A stretch of DNA of 64,000 bases, taken from Candidatus Latescibacterota bacterium. Lineage in GTDB: Bacteria > Latescibacterota > UBA2968 > UBA8231. The position numbers and the translations under genes were made by a program. The notes below the pieces were generated by a model. The model was not told the DNA's origin. It did not search any database and worked only from the letters and a program-made list of their open reading frames with translations. Every line of letters begins with the position of its first letter. The first letter of the stretch is position 1. The stretch is from assembly GCA_965204725.1 (NCBI GenBank), contig OZ242005.1:4352001-4416000 (forward strand), written 5' to 3'. This document shows positions 29,944 to 39,734 of this stretch, one piece after another.

Positions 29944-31383
29944 ATGCCGGGAAGCAGCCGATCGGTCATCGGTCTCAGCGTCGTCCTGCTGCTCTGGTTG
30001 AGCGGTTGCGGGGCCGCTTATTCGGGCTATGTGTCCCATTCGCTCAGCCAGCTAGAAAAGGGCAACTACGAAGGCGCCCTCGCCAAGCTGGAAAAACCTT
30101 CCGGCAAAACCAACAAGTTGCTCTATCACCTTGAAAAGGGGCTGATTTTGCACTATCAGGGCCAATACGAGGCGTCCAACTTGGAGTTTGAACGGGCCGA
30201 GCGGCTAAGCGACCAGCTCTACACCCGCTCCATCTCGCGCCAAGTCGCGGCCATGGTCTCCAACGACGCGGTCATCGCCTACCGAGGCGAGGAGTTTGAG
30301 CTGGCCCTGATTCACTACTACCGAGCGATGAACTACGACCGGCTAGGCGACCGGCAAGCCGCGCTAGTCGAGTGCCGCAAGGCCAACCTGAAGCTCGAAA
30401 ACTACGCTCAGCAAGCCGAATACGAGCTTAGCTATAAAAACGACGCCTTTTTGCAGTACATGACCGGCCTCTTCTTTGAATCCGAGGGCGAGTGGAACGA
30501 CGCTTACATTTCCTACAAGGATGCCCTAAAGGGCTACCGCGCGTACGAAGCGGCCTTCGGCTTGCCGGTGCCGCATATCCTACTGGTCGATCTGGCGCGG
30601 CTGGCCGAGCGCTTGGGCTACGCAGACGAAGCGCAAGAATACGTGGAGCACTACTCGCTTGAACAAGGGGCACTTCAGCCGGTGTCCGGCGGCGAGATCG
30701 TGGTTTTCGTCGAGAGTGGCTTTGTCCCGCGCAAGCACCAAGTCGAATTCAATATGCCCATTATGACAGGCGAACAGGACGTAAAGACGCACACGGTGGC
30801 GGAGCGGGCTGTCCATCGCTACCACCATCCGCACACCTACCAGCGGCAAAGCGTAGATTACTGGCTCAGAGTGGCCCTGCCCGAATACCGGGAGGTGCCC
30901 TCGCAAGTGGCCGGGGTGCGGTTGCGGGCGGGCGAGCAGAGCGCGGTCGCGGTCATGGGCGAGGACCTCGCGGCGATTGCCCAACAGACCTTTACCGAGA
31001 AGTTCGACTCGATCCTGCTGCGCGCCGTCGCCCGGAGCTTGGTCAAGTATTTGGCGTCTAAAGGCATAGAAGAGGCATTTGAGGACGACAAAGACGACGA
31101 GGGCGACGAAGACGCCAATGATTGGGTCAAAGAAGGAGTGGGCAAAGCACTCGGCGGCTTGGTCAACCTCTTGGGCGTGGCGACCGAAGCGGCCGATACC
31201 CGAAGTTGGCTGGCGCTGCCGCGCACCATCCACATTGCGCGCCTGTTCGTGACGCCGGGTATGGCCACCCCGACGCTGGAGTTTATCGACGCCCGAGGCC
31301 AAGTCCTAGCCGTAGAGCCGCTGCCCGAAGTGGCGGTGGTGGCCGGAGAAAAGGTCTTTCTAAACTTTCGCACTTTTCGCTAA
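29944..31383 (+). CDS. COG3014-like TPR lipoprotein
   Basis: Lipobox LSGC; LLYHLEKG, YRGEEFE, ALVECRK, EAADTRSWLALP; start uncertain. Confidence 0.75.
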   Translation: MPGSSRSVIGLSVVLLLWLSGCGAAYSGYVSHSLSQLEKGNYEGALAKLEKPSGKTNKLLYHLEKGLILHYQGQYEASNLEFERAERLSDQLYTRSISRQVAAMVSNDAVIAYRGEEFELALIHYYRAMNYDRLGDRQAALVECRKANLKLENYAQQAEYELSYKNDAFLQYMTGLFFESEGEWNDAYISYKDALKGYRAYEAAFGLPVPHILLVDLARLAERLGYADEAQEYVEHYSLEQGALQPVSGGEIVVFVESGFVPRKHQVEFNMPIMTGEQDVKTHTVAERAVHRYHHPHTYQRQSVDYWLRVALPEYREVPSQVAGVRLRAGEQSAVAVMGEDLAAIAQQTFTEKFDSILLRAVARSLVKYLASKGIEEAFEDDKDDEGDEDANDWVKEGVGKALGGLVNLLGVATEAADTRSWLALPRTIHIARLFVTPGMATPTLEFIDARGQVLAVEPLPEVAVVAGEKVFLNFRTFR

Positions 31384-31395
31384 GGAGCAAAAGCC

Positions 31396-32232
31396 ATGTA
31401 CTTCAAACTATGGATCGCCGCGCTGGCATTGGCTCTGCCGGTCGCGGCGCAGCAGAGTACGCCAGCGGCCGATCGGGCCGCGGATCCGCTGGCGGAAGGG
31501 GCGGTCTTCAACATCGTCGATTGGGACGGCGGCCAGCTACCCCAGCGCTACGAGCGCTCGGATCAACTGCCGATGAGCCTCGACGATGTGCGCAAGCTAA
31601 GCGCGAACAAGTTTAGCACCGATGCGATCGTCAAGATGCTCGAGGAGCGGCGCTGCGTCTGCGACGCCTCGGTAGATGCTTTGTTGCAATTGAAGAAGGC
31701 TGGCGTCGCCGAACAGGTGATCCAAGCCGTGTCGCTCCACGCGCTGCCGCCCAACCGCTCCTTCGGCCTGACGATCGCCCTCGACTTTGAGGGATTGGGC
31801 GGCGCAGCGACCGTATCGACGCAGGCGCGCAAGGGCTATCTCTACTTGATCGTCCCCGACGGCGACAAGGAGCGGGTCTTTATCGGCAACTTGCAGGCGA
31901 TCCTCGCCGGCCGCTGGCAGCGCGACGCGCTGATCGACAACACCGATCTGCTGCTGCCCAAAAAGGTGCGGCGCGTGACCTTCGCCTCCGAGGTCCCGCT
32001 CAAAACCTACGGCCGCAAGAAGGCCCTCGTTTTTACCTCGACCAAACCGGACATCTACACTTCAGCCGATATTCCCGAGGCGGACCGGGCCGGAGTGCAG
32101 GAGTTCGAGTTTGACTACCCGGCCTCGTCGCTGGAGCGCCAATGCAGCTTACAGGTGCTCTATCGGCAGGACGCGATGTTGGCCAACCGCTGGCACTTAG
32201 AGCGCACACACTTCCAGTGCGAATGGGATTGA
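31396..32232 (+). CDS. Secreted hypothetical protein
   Basis: RBS AAGGAG; signal peptide; small helical module SLDDVRKL..DAIVKML..DALLQLKKAGV. Confidence 0.75.
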   Translation: MYFKLWIAALALALPVAAQQSTPAADRAADPLAEGAVFNIVDWDGGQLPQRYERSDQLPMSLDDVRKLSANKFSTDAIVKMLEERRCVCDASVDALLQLKKAGVAEQVIQAVSLHALPPNRSFGLTIALDFEGLGGAATVSTQARKGYLYLIVPDGDKERVFIGNLQAILAGRWQRDALIDNTDLLLPKKVRRVTFASEVPLKTYGRKKALVFTSTKPDIYTSADIPEADRAGVQEFEFDYPASSLERQCSLQVLYRQDAMLANRWHLERTHFQCEWD

Positions 32233-32251
32233 AAGGAAAGGAGCTTACGCG

Positions 32252-32848
32252 ATGAGATACTGCGTTTTTGCCGCCCTGATAGCGGCTTTGGGGCTTTCGG
32301 CCTGCGGCGGCCCGAGAGCCTTCACGCGCGGCGAGTACGGAGACCCAGAAGAGATCTCCATGCTCGACGACAAGTGGAACCAAAACGACATGCAGCTAGT
32401 CGCCAAGAAGATGATCGGCTCGATGGAGACTTGGGCGGGGACACAGGCCCTCGCCGATCAGCCGCTCGTCATCTTGGAGATGCCGCGCAACCGGACCACC
32501 GAGCACATCGACATGCAGGCCCTCTACGACCACGTCAAGACCGCGCTGATCCAGAGCGGGCAGTTTGGGTTTCTCGACAAGGCGGCGCGGCAAGAGATCG
32601 CCGAAGAATACGAGTATCAAGGCTCGGGCTACGTGCGCCAAGACGAGGCCCAAGGGCCGGGCAACCAGCGCGGGGCGCGCTTCTTGCTCGGGGGGGTCAT
32701 CACCTCAACCGTGCAGCAAGTCGGCAAAAACAAGGTTGTGTACTACAAGGCGACCTTTGAACTGACCGACATTGCGACTACCCAGATCGTCTGGACCGAT
32801 CACAAGGAAATCACCAAGCACTTTCAGAAAAAGAGCATCGGCTTCTAG
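32252..32848 (+). CDS. lpoB: LpoB-family lipoprotein (penicillin-binding protein activator-like)
   Basis: Lipobox LSAC; DMQLVAKKM, RNRTTEHID, GARFLLGGVI, IVWTDHKEI. Confidence 0.78.
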   Translation: MRYCVFAALIAALGLSACGGPRAFTRGEYGDPEEISMLDDKWNQNDMQLVAKKMIGSMETWAGTQALADQPLVILEMPRNRTTEHIDMQALYDHVKTALIQSGQFGFLDKAARQEIAEEYEYQGSGYVRQDEAQGPGNQRGARFLLGGVITSTVQQVGKNKVVYYKATFELTDIATTQIVWTDHKEITKHFQKKSIGF

Positions 32849-32865
32849 GGAAAGGAGCACGGAGC

Positions 32866-33408
32866 ATGAGACGCATTGCACTGATCGCCCTGCTGGTGCT
32901 GGCCGTTGGGGCGCAGGCCGCGACCCCGGGGCGCACCGACGGGCTCGAAGGCAGCGAGTACGGCAAAGGCGGGTATAAGCACGGAGCGCAGTATGGCCGC
33001 TTCTACACCGAGGGTTTTTTGGGGGCGGCCATGGTGGAGCAGTCGGAGGGCGATTCGGACGCCGAGACCGATCTCGTCTTAGGGCTTAACGGCGGCTACC
33101 GGGTTGAGGACTGGCTGGCCTTCCAGTTGGGCTTTGCCCGCATATTGGAGCAAAACATCAACCTCTATTCCGGCGGGGTGCGCTCGGCCTATGTCAATCG
33201 GCCGTTCAACTACTATTTCTCGCTCGACGCCGAGCTATACTCGCCCGAGGGCGGCGACACTCGCTTTGGAATCGCCCCCGGCGTTGGGGTTGAGGTGGTT
33301 CTAAACGACTACCTGCGGACGGGCTTGCGCTTCCAGCGCGACTTTATCTTTGCCGACGACACGATCCACATCAACCGCTTTACCGCGAAGATACAGGTAG
33401 ATTTTTAG
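32866..33408 (+). CDS. Small outer-membrane beta-barrel protein
   Basis: Signal peptide; alternating amphipathic strands; C-terminal Phe (IQVDF). Confidence 0.65.
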   Translation: MRRIALIALLVLAVGAQAATPGRTDGLEGSEYGKGGYKHGAQYGRFYTEGFLGAAMVEQSEGDSDAETDLVLGLNGGYRVEDWLAFQLGFARILEQNINLYSGGVRSAYVNRPFNYYFSLDAELYSPEGGDTRFGIAPGVGVEVVLNDYLRTGLRFQRDFIFADDTIHINRFTAKIQVDF

Positions 33409-33432
33409 CGCCTCAAAGCCGGGAGGTCCTCC

Positions 33433-34887
33433 GTGAGCAACAATTCCTACCCGTACGATCTCGTCTGCATTGGCAGCGGCCCGGCCGGGCAGCGCGCCGC
33501 CATTCAAGCGGCCAAGTTGGGCAAAAAAGTCGCCGTGGTCGAAAAGCAGGAAATTGTCGGCGGGGTCTGCATTGAGACGGGCACGATTCCCTCCAAGACT
33601 TTCCGCGAAGCGGTGCGGCGCGCCTATTCGCGCCCCGGCTTGGAGGCCCACGAGCGGTTCCGTCCCCGAGCGCGGCCGACCATGCAGCAACTGGTCGGCC
33701 ACGTTGAGCGCGTCATTGAGCGCGAGATCTTCGTCGTGCAAGAAAACCTAGCGCGCAACGACATCGAAGTCATTCGGGGCCGAGCCTCTTTTGTCGATCC
33801 GCACACCTTGGCGGTTGAAGCCTTTAAGGGCCAGCGCGAATTGTCGGTCGATAAGGTGCTCATCGCCGTGGGGACCCGTGCCAGCAGCCCGCTCGACCTG
33901 TCGCCGGACGGCCAGACGATTATGACCTCAGACCACGTCCTCGACTTGGCGCACTTGCCGCGCACCATCGCCGTGGTCGGCGCTGGGGTCGTCGGCATTG
34001 AGTACGCGTCGATGTTTGCGGCGTTGGGGGTTCAGGTGACGGTCATTGACCGCCGCCCGCGCCCGCTTGAGTTCCTCGACCACGAGATCGTCGATGAACT
34101 CATCCACCAGATGCGCAAGGCCGATGTGATCTTTCGCTGCGGGGAAGCGGTCGAGCACATCAAGGTGGTCGCGGTGCCCCAGCCCAAGGGCCTCATCGAA
34201 CTAGAATCGGGCAATCACATCGTCGCCGATGTGGTGCTGTTTTCCGCGGGCCGCACCGGCGACACCGACGCGCTCAACCTCGAAGCCGTGGGCTTGCAAG
34301 CCGATGAACGCGGGCGTCTGAAGGTGGATGAGCACCTCTGCACAGGGGTGGACAATATCTACGCGGCGGGCGATGTCATCGGCTTTCCCGCGCTAGCGGC
34401 TACCTCCAGCGAGCAGGGCCGCTTGGCCGCGTGTCACATGTTCGGGGTGGATGCCCAGCCGATGGGCAGCCACTTTCCCGTGGGCATCTACGCGATTCCA
34501 GAAATTTCCATGGTGGGAGCTACGGAGGCCGAGCTCACGCGCGAGCGCGTGCCTTACGAAACGGGCATCGCCCACTACAAGGAGATCTCGCGCGGGCAGA
34601 TCCTCGGCGACGACTCCGGCATGGTCAAGCTGATTTTCCACCGCGAGGACGGACGTCTTCTCGGAGCGCACTGCATTGGCTCGGGTGCGACCGAGTTGGT
34701 TCACGTGGGACAGGCGGTGTTGGGGCTGGGCGGCGGCCTTGATTACTTCATTCGCACGGTGTTCAATTACCCCACTTTAGCCGAGTGCTATAAAGTGGCG
34801 GCCTTCAACGCGGCCAACAAGCTCGCCTTAGTCCGCAGTGCGGTCATAACGCAAGAGACCGCTACGGCCATCGCGGTGGGAGGATGA
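33433..34887 (+). CDS. sthA: Soluble pyridine nucleotide transhydrogenase
   Basis: IGSGPAG; GGVCIETGTIPSKT (CxxxxT rather than CxxxxC); FNYPTLAECYKVAA; GTG start with RBS GGAGG. Confidence 0.9.
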   Translation: MSNNSYPYDLVCIGSGPAGQRAAIQAAKLGKKVAVVEKQEIVGGVCIETGTIPSKTFREAVRRAYSRPGLEAHERFRPRARPTMQQLVGHVERVIEREIFVVQENLARNDIEVIRGRASFVDPHTLAVEAFKGQRELSVDKVLIAVGTRASSPLDLSPDGQTIMTSDHVLDLAHLPRTIAVVGAGVVGIEYASMFAALGVQVTVIDRRPRPLEFLDHEIVDELIHQMRKADVIFRCGEAVEHIKVVAVPQPKGLIELESGNHIVADVVLFSAGRTGDTDALNLEAVGLQADERGRLKVDEHLCTGVDNIYAAGDVIGFPALAATSSEQGRLAACHMFGVDAQPMGSHFPVGIYAIPEISMVGATEAELTRERVPYETGIAHYKEISRGQILGDDSGMVKLIFHREDGRLLGAHCIGSGATELVHVGQAVLGLGGGLDYFIRTVFNYPTLAECYKVAAFNAANKLALVRSAVITQETATAIAVGG

Positions 34888-35028
34888 GGATCATCGTCGG
34901 TCTCGGGAGCGGGAGCGGCGTATGGGGCGTCGCGGCTGGCGTGGTCGGCGGGCTGGGTAGGTTGAATTGTGTTTTTTGTGCGTGGATTGGGCTTTTTTTC
35001 AATTCATTCTAACTAAGGAGGCGTGGTG

Positions 35029-35577
35029 ATGGCGTCGGCGGCAATGAATTCGGGTGATGCTCGGGCAGAGTTGGAGCGGCGGGGTGTTGAATTTTCAGCA
35101 GATGCGTTTGTTTCAGCGGCGGGTCGGGGCGAGTTGGCGGTTGTCAAGTTGTTTGTGGAGTCGGGTATGTCGGTTGAGACCGCCAACGAGTACGGTTTCA
35201 CGGCGTTGCATTGGGCGGCGTCTTGGGGTCATTTGGAGGTGGTTCGTTTTTTAGTGGAGGATCGGGGTGCGGATGTGAATGCGCGGGAGGCCCGTGGTTG
35301 GACGGCTCTGCTCGGGGCGGCTCGTTTTGGGTATCTAGAGGTGATTCGTTTTTTGGTTGAGAAGCATGGTGCGGATGTGCGGGCTATGACCGATGATGGT
35401 TTTACGGCGTTGCACTTGTCGGCTCGGGGCGGCTCGTTGGAGTTGGTCAAGTGGTTGGTGGCTCGGGGGTTAGATGCGGGGGCGGGGGCGGACCGCGGTG
35501 GCAAGACGGCGCGGGCCTTGGCGGAGGGGTCGGGTCATAGGGCGGTGGCGGATTATCTGGAGTCGGTGGGCGGGTAG
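35029..35577 (+). CDS. Ankyrin repeat protein
   Basis: RBS TAAGGAGG 35014-35021; repeats GFTALHWAA..GHLEVVRFLV, GWTALLGAA..GYLEVIRFLV, GFTALHLSA..GSLELVKWLV. Confidence 0.9.
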   Translation: MASAAMNSGDARAELERRGVEFSADAFVSAAGRGELAVVKLFVESGMSVETANEYGFTALHWAASWGHLEVVRFLVEDRGADVNAREARGWTALLGAARFGYLEVIRFLVEKHGADVRAMTDDGFTALHLSARGGSLELVKWLVARGLDAGAGADRGGKTARALAEGSGHRAVADYLESVGG

Positions 35578-35693
35578 GGAGCTATCTGTCTCTTGTTGGG
35601 CTGCGCTTGGTTGGGCTGGTTGGTGTGGTTTTTTAGGTTGGGGCGTCAAGCGCAGCAGGAGGCGTTCTGGGGCGCGAGAGGGCGGTTTGGACT

Positions 35694-35716
35694 AAAGACT
35701 TATTGAATAAGTCTTT
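35694..35716. other. Perfect inverted repeat (11-bp arms, 1-nt centre)
   Basis: AAAGACTTATT-G-AATAAGTCTTT followed by further Ts; function unknown. Confidence 0.6.
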
Positions 35717-35788
35717 TTTGTGCGTATAAACTCATACACTGGGGATTTTAGCGATGCGCTTTTTGTGGTGGCTTGTGGAGGTGCTGGG

Positions 35789-35841
35789 GCTGCTTTTGCT
35801 GCTGCTTTTGCTGGTGGTTTTTCTTGTAATTTTTCTTGTAA
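35789..35841. repeat. Two pairs of 12-bp tandem duplications
   Basis: GCTGCTTTTGCT x2 (35789-35812) and TTTTTCTTGTAA x2 (35818-35841). Confidence 0.8.
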
Positions 35842-36206
35842 TGTTTTGGGACCTGGTGTTGCCCAAGTTGTGGGAGGTGTTGCAGCGGCGGCTGGGGCTT
35901 TAGCGGGTGCTTGGCGTGGGCTTGGCGCGGAGTTATCCACACGCCGCACGGCGCACCGGGGGGTGTCGGGGTTTGCACGAGTCGCTTTTGACGGCGGTGC
36001 TGGTGGAGTGCCAAACGCAACTCGACGAGGCGCGGGCGGAGGGGAACGATGGCTAAGCCGGAGTCTCAGGACGGCTTTCGGCGGGTGGGTCAAGACAGCG
36101 CGGGCGGCGCGTCATGCGTTGCTGTTGCGTTGGGCCGAGGGGGCGGGGTGATGCGCGGATAGAGTGACGCGCACCGAGTCGCGAGTACCGGGTGCGCGTA
36201 TGGGAA

Positions 36207-36668
36207 TTAGGGCTGGCTCAGATCGGGAGGCTGGCTCAGATCGGGAGGCTGGCTCAGATCGGGAGGCTCGTCGGGAGTAGCAGGCGCGGCTTGAGCAACC
36301 GGGGCTGCCGGAGCGACCGGCGTAGCTTGCGGCCACTTATTTACAGCAAGAACCCCCGCAGCAAGCCAAATAGAGACCAGAATACCTATAACCCAACAAA
36401 AATACTTGGATTGCTGGCGCACTTCGTCCTTCATCTCGGCGCGCAACTCCTTCGCCTCGGCGCGTAACTCCTTAATCGCCGTATCCATCGAGTCGCGCAC
36501 CTTCTCCCCCTCCTCTTTGGCGATAAGGCGCATCTCCGCAATCACCTTGTCAAACCGATCCTCCACCTTCTCAAACCGGGATTCTAAGATGGTGCCGATC
36601 AGTTCAATTTGCTCCTTGCTAAGGGTAGCGGAGCCTTGCTCTTGGCTCTCTGTGCGTGGCTCGCTCAT
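36207..36668 (-). CDS. Coiled-coil + single-TM protein (DUF1640/CCDC90-like) with a Pro-rich repeat tail
   Basis: ATG 36668 overlaps the upstream stop (ATGA); heptads KELRAEAKELRAEMKDE; TM WVIGILVSIWLAAGVLAV; (PPDLSQ)3 tail. Confidence 0.65.
   Translation of the reverse strand: MSEPRTESQEQGSATLSKEQIELIGTILESRFEKVEDRFDKVIAEMRLIAKEEGEKVRDSMDTAIKELRAEAKELRAEMKDEVRQQSKYFCWVIGILVSIWLAAGVLAVNKWPQATPVAPAAPVAQAAPATPDEPPDLSQPPDLSQPPDLSQP
36211..36268. repeat. 18-bp tandem repeat x3 (coding VNTR)
   Basis: GGCTGGCTCAGATCGGGA three exact copies plus GGCT. Confidence 0.95.
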
Positions 36669-37528
36669 TGCACCACCAAAATCACCGCCAGCACCCCTAC
36701 GCCCACGCCCCAAACAGCCGCCCGACTGATCGGCTCTTTCCACAACAACGGGGCCGTTACATTGTCCAAAATGACGACGCCGCAGCCCACCAGTGGGAAG
36801 AATACCGTACCCGGCACTTGCTTGAGCGCGGTCAGGATGGCCATTAAGGCCAGCAGATTGTACACCCCGATACCGGCCCCTACCGCCAGATCAAAGCGCC
36901 GAATGCGTTGACGCGCCTCCCACAACAACGCGGTGGCGCCAATGGTCCCGGCGGTAAAGCCGATGACCATGAGCACTTGTAAGTACGCATCGTCCAAGCC
37001 GGCGTAATGCACCCAGCGCAGACAAGAGGCACTCATTCCCTGAATGCTAAACACCAATATCAGCAGCCCCGTGGCGATCCAGCGCGAAACACCGGTCTGA
37101 TGACCAGCGTGCCGCGACATCAAAAAAACGGCCCCCAACGCCAAGCCCAAGCCCACTAGTTGCAGGCCACTCAACGGCTCGTCCCACAGCAGGACGCCTA
37201 GCCCCACCGGCACGACGATGGCGAGGCGGAAAGCGGTCAACACCGAAGCCACGCGAAAGGTCCGCAACAAGCGCGTCATCAACAGCATGGAGCTAATAAA
37301 GACGGTGCCGGTGATCGCGCCGACCTTCACGGCGGCGGCTGGTACTTGCAGTTGGCCGGTGAATCCCAAGTAGAGCAGCAGAATGGAGGAGAGGACCCAA
37401 TAGTTGGTCGAGACTACGGTCGGGGCGTAGCAACGCTTTTGCGTGGCCCATTTGAACACCTGCCCAAAGCCGAATTCCATCAGCAGCGTCAGCAACAACC
37501 ACAAGAGCAGTCCCCCTTCCATACTCAT
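36665..37528 (-). CDS. EamA/DMT family transporter
   Basis: About 10 TM segments in two repeats; GVLLWDEPLSGLQLVG and LLWKEPISR; RBS GGAGGA. Confidence 0.8.
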   Translation of the reverse strand: MSMEGGLLLWLLLTLLMEFGFGQVFKWATQKRCYAPTVVSTNYWVLSSILLLYLGFTGQLQVPAAAVKVGAITGTVFISSMLLMTRLLRTFRVASVLTAFRLAIVVPVGLGVLLWDEPLSGLQLVGLGLALGAVFLMSRHAGHQTGVSRWIATGLLILVFSIQGMSASCLRWVHYAGLDDAYLQVLMVIGFTAGTIGATALLWEARQRIRRFDLAVGAGIGVYNLLALMAILTALKQVPGTVFFPLVGCGVVILDNVTAPLLWKEPISRAAVWGVGVGVLAVILVVQ

Positions 37529-37651
37529 CGGCCGATCCTCCAAAAATTGGCATTCGCTCTACACCGGCTCCAAACTCCACGACCCCCTCTTTGCTGTCAA
37601 GCCGACGTGTTCGCCGCGCGGCCCTTTTCTTTTTTCGTCCCGCCGGGCGAC

Positions 37652-37688
37652 TGTCCGAAAATGAACAGTACGTGTTCAAAAGCGGACA
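37652..37688 (+). promoter_or_regulatory. Paired upstream activator sites for a sigma54 enhancer-binding protein
   Basis: TGT-CCGAAAATGA-ACA (37652-37667) and TGT-TCAAAAGCGG-ACA (37673-37688); both TGT-N10-ACA and mutually inverted. Confidence 0.7.
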
Positions 37689-37723
37689 AAAATGCCCGGT
37701 CGCCAAAAACACAAATTAAGTAA

Positions 37724-37736
37724 AAACAACCACTTG
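37724..37736 (+). promoter_or_regulatory. Candidate IHF site
   Basis: AAACAACCACTTG, one mismatch to WATCAANNNNTTR, between the activator sites and the -24/-12 element. Confidence 0.45.
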
Positions 37737-37742
37737 TTAGTT

Positions 37743-37757
37743 TGGCACGGAATTTGC
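37743..37757 (+). promoter_or_regulatory. Sigma54 (-24/-12) promoter
   Basis: TGGCAC-GGAAT-TTGC, exact consensus and spacing, 24 bp upstream of the first ATG of the export operon. Confidence 0.88.
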
Positions 37758-37780
37758 GTAAATAGTGGACAAGTGGAGGT

Positions 37781-39064
37781 ATGAAGCCCATGAACGCAAT
37801 GGATCGCCCCATAGATCCCGCCTTTCTACGACGCCAGCGCGGCAAGCGCGTCGCCTATTCCGCAATGGGACTGGCGGCCCTCATCTGGATCGCCGTTTGG
37901 TTGCCTAGTTGGATCAGGCCAGCGCTGGACCCCAACCGCATTCGCACCGCGCAGGTGCAGTGGGGCGCGGTAGAAGAGACGATTGCCGCTTCGGGCACGG
38001 TGGTTCCCCAGTTTGAGCAGATCATCTTCAGCCCCGTTAATACGCGGCTCGTGCGCATCCTGCAAAAGCCGGGGGCCATGCTGAAGCAGGGCCAGTTCAT
38101 CGTCGAGTTGGATTTGAACGCAGCGCGGCTCGAGGTCGAGAAACGGGCCGAAGAACTGGCCCTTACGCAAAACCGCCGGACCCAGCTCGAACTAGACAAA
38201 CGCAAAAAGCAGAGCGATTTGGAGACGCGCTGGCGGTTGAAAAACTTGGAATTTCAGCGTTTTAAGACCCGCACCGCCCAGCTTCGCCAGTTAAAGGGTA
38301 TCGGCGCAGTCTCCGGGGAAGAGCTGAGCCAAGCGCGGCTGCAAGAACAGCGCGCTGAGATTGAATTGCAGCAACTCCAAGCAGACCGGAGCAACCTCAT
38401 CGAATCCACCGAGGCGCAGTTGGAAGCCTTGCAATTGGAAATGAATATCCTCGAGCGCGAAGGCGAGGAGGCCCGCCGGCGCTTGGAGCGGGCCGTTATT
38501 CGGGCCGATAGAGACGGCGTCCTCACCGCGATTGCGCCCGAGGTCGGGGCTTCCATCCACCAAGGCCAAGAAATCGCCCGCATCGCCGACCTCAGCTCGT
38601 TCCGCGTCAATGTCACCGTTTCCGACATCCACGCCCGCCGGCTCCAAGAGGGGCTGTGGGTGCGCCTACGCATCAATGAGGAAGAGTACGTAAAGGGCCA
38701 CATCGCCCGCATCTTGCCCACGGTCGCCGGTGGGACCATCCAACTCGAAGTCGAGCTGGAGGATTCGGCGCACGCGCTGCTGCGGCCCAACCAGCGGGTA
38801 GATGCCTATATCGTCACGGCGCGCAAAGGCCGTGCCCTGCGCCTCAAGCGGGGGCCGTTCATCAACGGGCGGTCGGGACTCCACGAGGTCTTTGTGGTGC
38901 GCGGCCAAATTGCGGTGAAGACCGAGGTCCGCATTGGCATTGCCAACTTCGAGTACTACGAGGTGGAGGAGGGGTTACTCGATGGCGACGAGGTCATCAT
39001 CTCGGATGTGAAGGACTACCTGCATTTGGACGAAGTCCAGATCAAACAAAGGAGACTGCCATGA
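37781..39064 (+). CDS. Efflux periplasmic adaptor subunit (MacA/HlyD-like)
   Basis: N-terminal TM anchor, lipoyl halves (ASGTVVP; IRADRDGVL), long coiled coil, [10 protein letters not shown]. Confidence 0.88.
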   Translation: MKPMNAMDRPIDPAFLRRQRGKRVAYSAMGLAALIWIAVWLPSWIRPALDPNRIRTAQVQWGAVEETIAASGTVVPQFEQIIFSPVNTRLVRILQKPGAMLKQGQFIVELDLNAARLEVEKRAEELALTQNRRTQLELDKRKKQSDLETRWRLKNLEFQRFKTRTAQLRQLKGIGAVSGEELSQARLQEQRAEIELQQLQADRSNLIESTEAQLEALQLEMNILEREGEEARRRLERAVIRADRDGVLTAIAPEVGASIHQGQEIARIADLSSFRVNVTVSDIHARRLQEGLWVRLRINEEEYVKGHIARILPTVAGGTIQLEVELEDSAHALLRPNQRVDAYIVTARKGRALRLKRGPFINGRSGLHEVFVVRGQIAVKTEVRIGIANFEYYEVEEGLLDGDEVIISDVKDYLHLDEVQIKQRRLP

Positions 39065-39726
39065 TTGAACTCAGAGGCATTGAAAAGGTGTACCGCACCG
39101 AGCAAGTTGAGACCCTCGCCTTGAGCAATGTCAATTTCACTGTTGACGAGGGGGAGTTCGTTTCGGTGATGGGGCCGTCCGGCTCGGGCAAGAGCACCCT
39201 GCTCAACGTCATCGGCCTCCTCGACGAGCCGACCGCTGGCGACCTGAGCCTGAACGGCCGCCCCATCCATTCCTACGCCGACCGCTTCTTGGCGCGCATC
39301 CGCAACGAGGAGGTCGGCTTCATCTTCCAGACCTTCCACCTAATCGCCGATTTGAATGTGGTCGATAACGTGGAGATTCCCCTGCTCTATCGCCGCGGGC
39401 TGTCGGGCAAGGCGCGGCGCACGATGGCACTGACCGCGCTGGAGCGGGTCGGGCTGAGTTCGCGGGTGCGGCACTTTCCGGCGCAACTGTCGGGCGGGCA
39501 GCAGCAGCGCGTGGCGGTGGCCCGGGCCATTGTCGCCCAACCGCACATCCTGCTGGCCGACGAGCCTACGGGCAATTTGGACAGCCAGATGGGCGACGAG
39601 ATCATGGGCATCATGCAACAGCTCAACGAAGAGGGCACCACCATCGTCATGGTGACGCACGACCAGCACTTGGCCGACCGCACCCAGCGCACGGTGCGGC
39701 TCTTCGACGGGCGTCAAGTCCAGTGA
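39061..39726 (+). CDS. ABC transporter ATP-binding protein (MacB/LolD type)
   Basis: [38 protein letters not shown]. Confidence 0.95.
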   Translation: MIELRGIEKVYRTEQVETLALSNVNFTVDEGEFVSVMGPSGSGKSTLLNVIGLLDEPTAGDLSLNGRPIHSYADRFLARIRNEEVGFIFQTFHLIADLNVVDNVEIPLLYRRGLSGKARRTMALTALERVGLSSRVRHFPAQLSGGQQQRVAVARAIVAQPHILLADEPTGNLDSQMGDEIMGIMQQLNEEGTTIVMVTHDQHLADRTQRTVRLFDGRQVQ

Positions 39727-39734
39727 GGCCAATC

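Noticed and set aside
35933-35941. oriC call from a perfect DnaA box
   Set aside because: Only one perfect box, no dnaA/dnaN/gidA context; kept only as a low-confidence finding
35692-36151. ORFs 35692..36093(-), 35720..36151(+) and 35748..36020(-)
   Set aside because: Low-complexity products of skewed sequence, with no RBS and no recognisable domain
36191-36218. GGTGCGCGTAT as the XerC arm of a dif site at the skew flip
   Set aside because: 9/11 match to the E. coli XerC arm, but no XerD-like arm follows the spacer
36211-36268. 18-bp repeats as a CRISPR array
   Set aside because: The repeats are contiguous with no spacers, lie in frame in a CDS, and there are no cas genes
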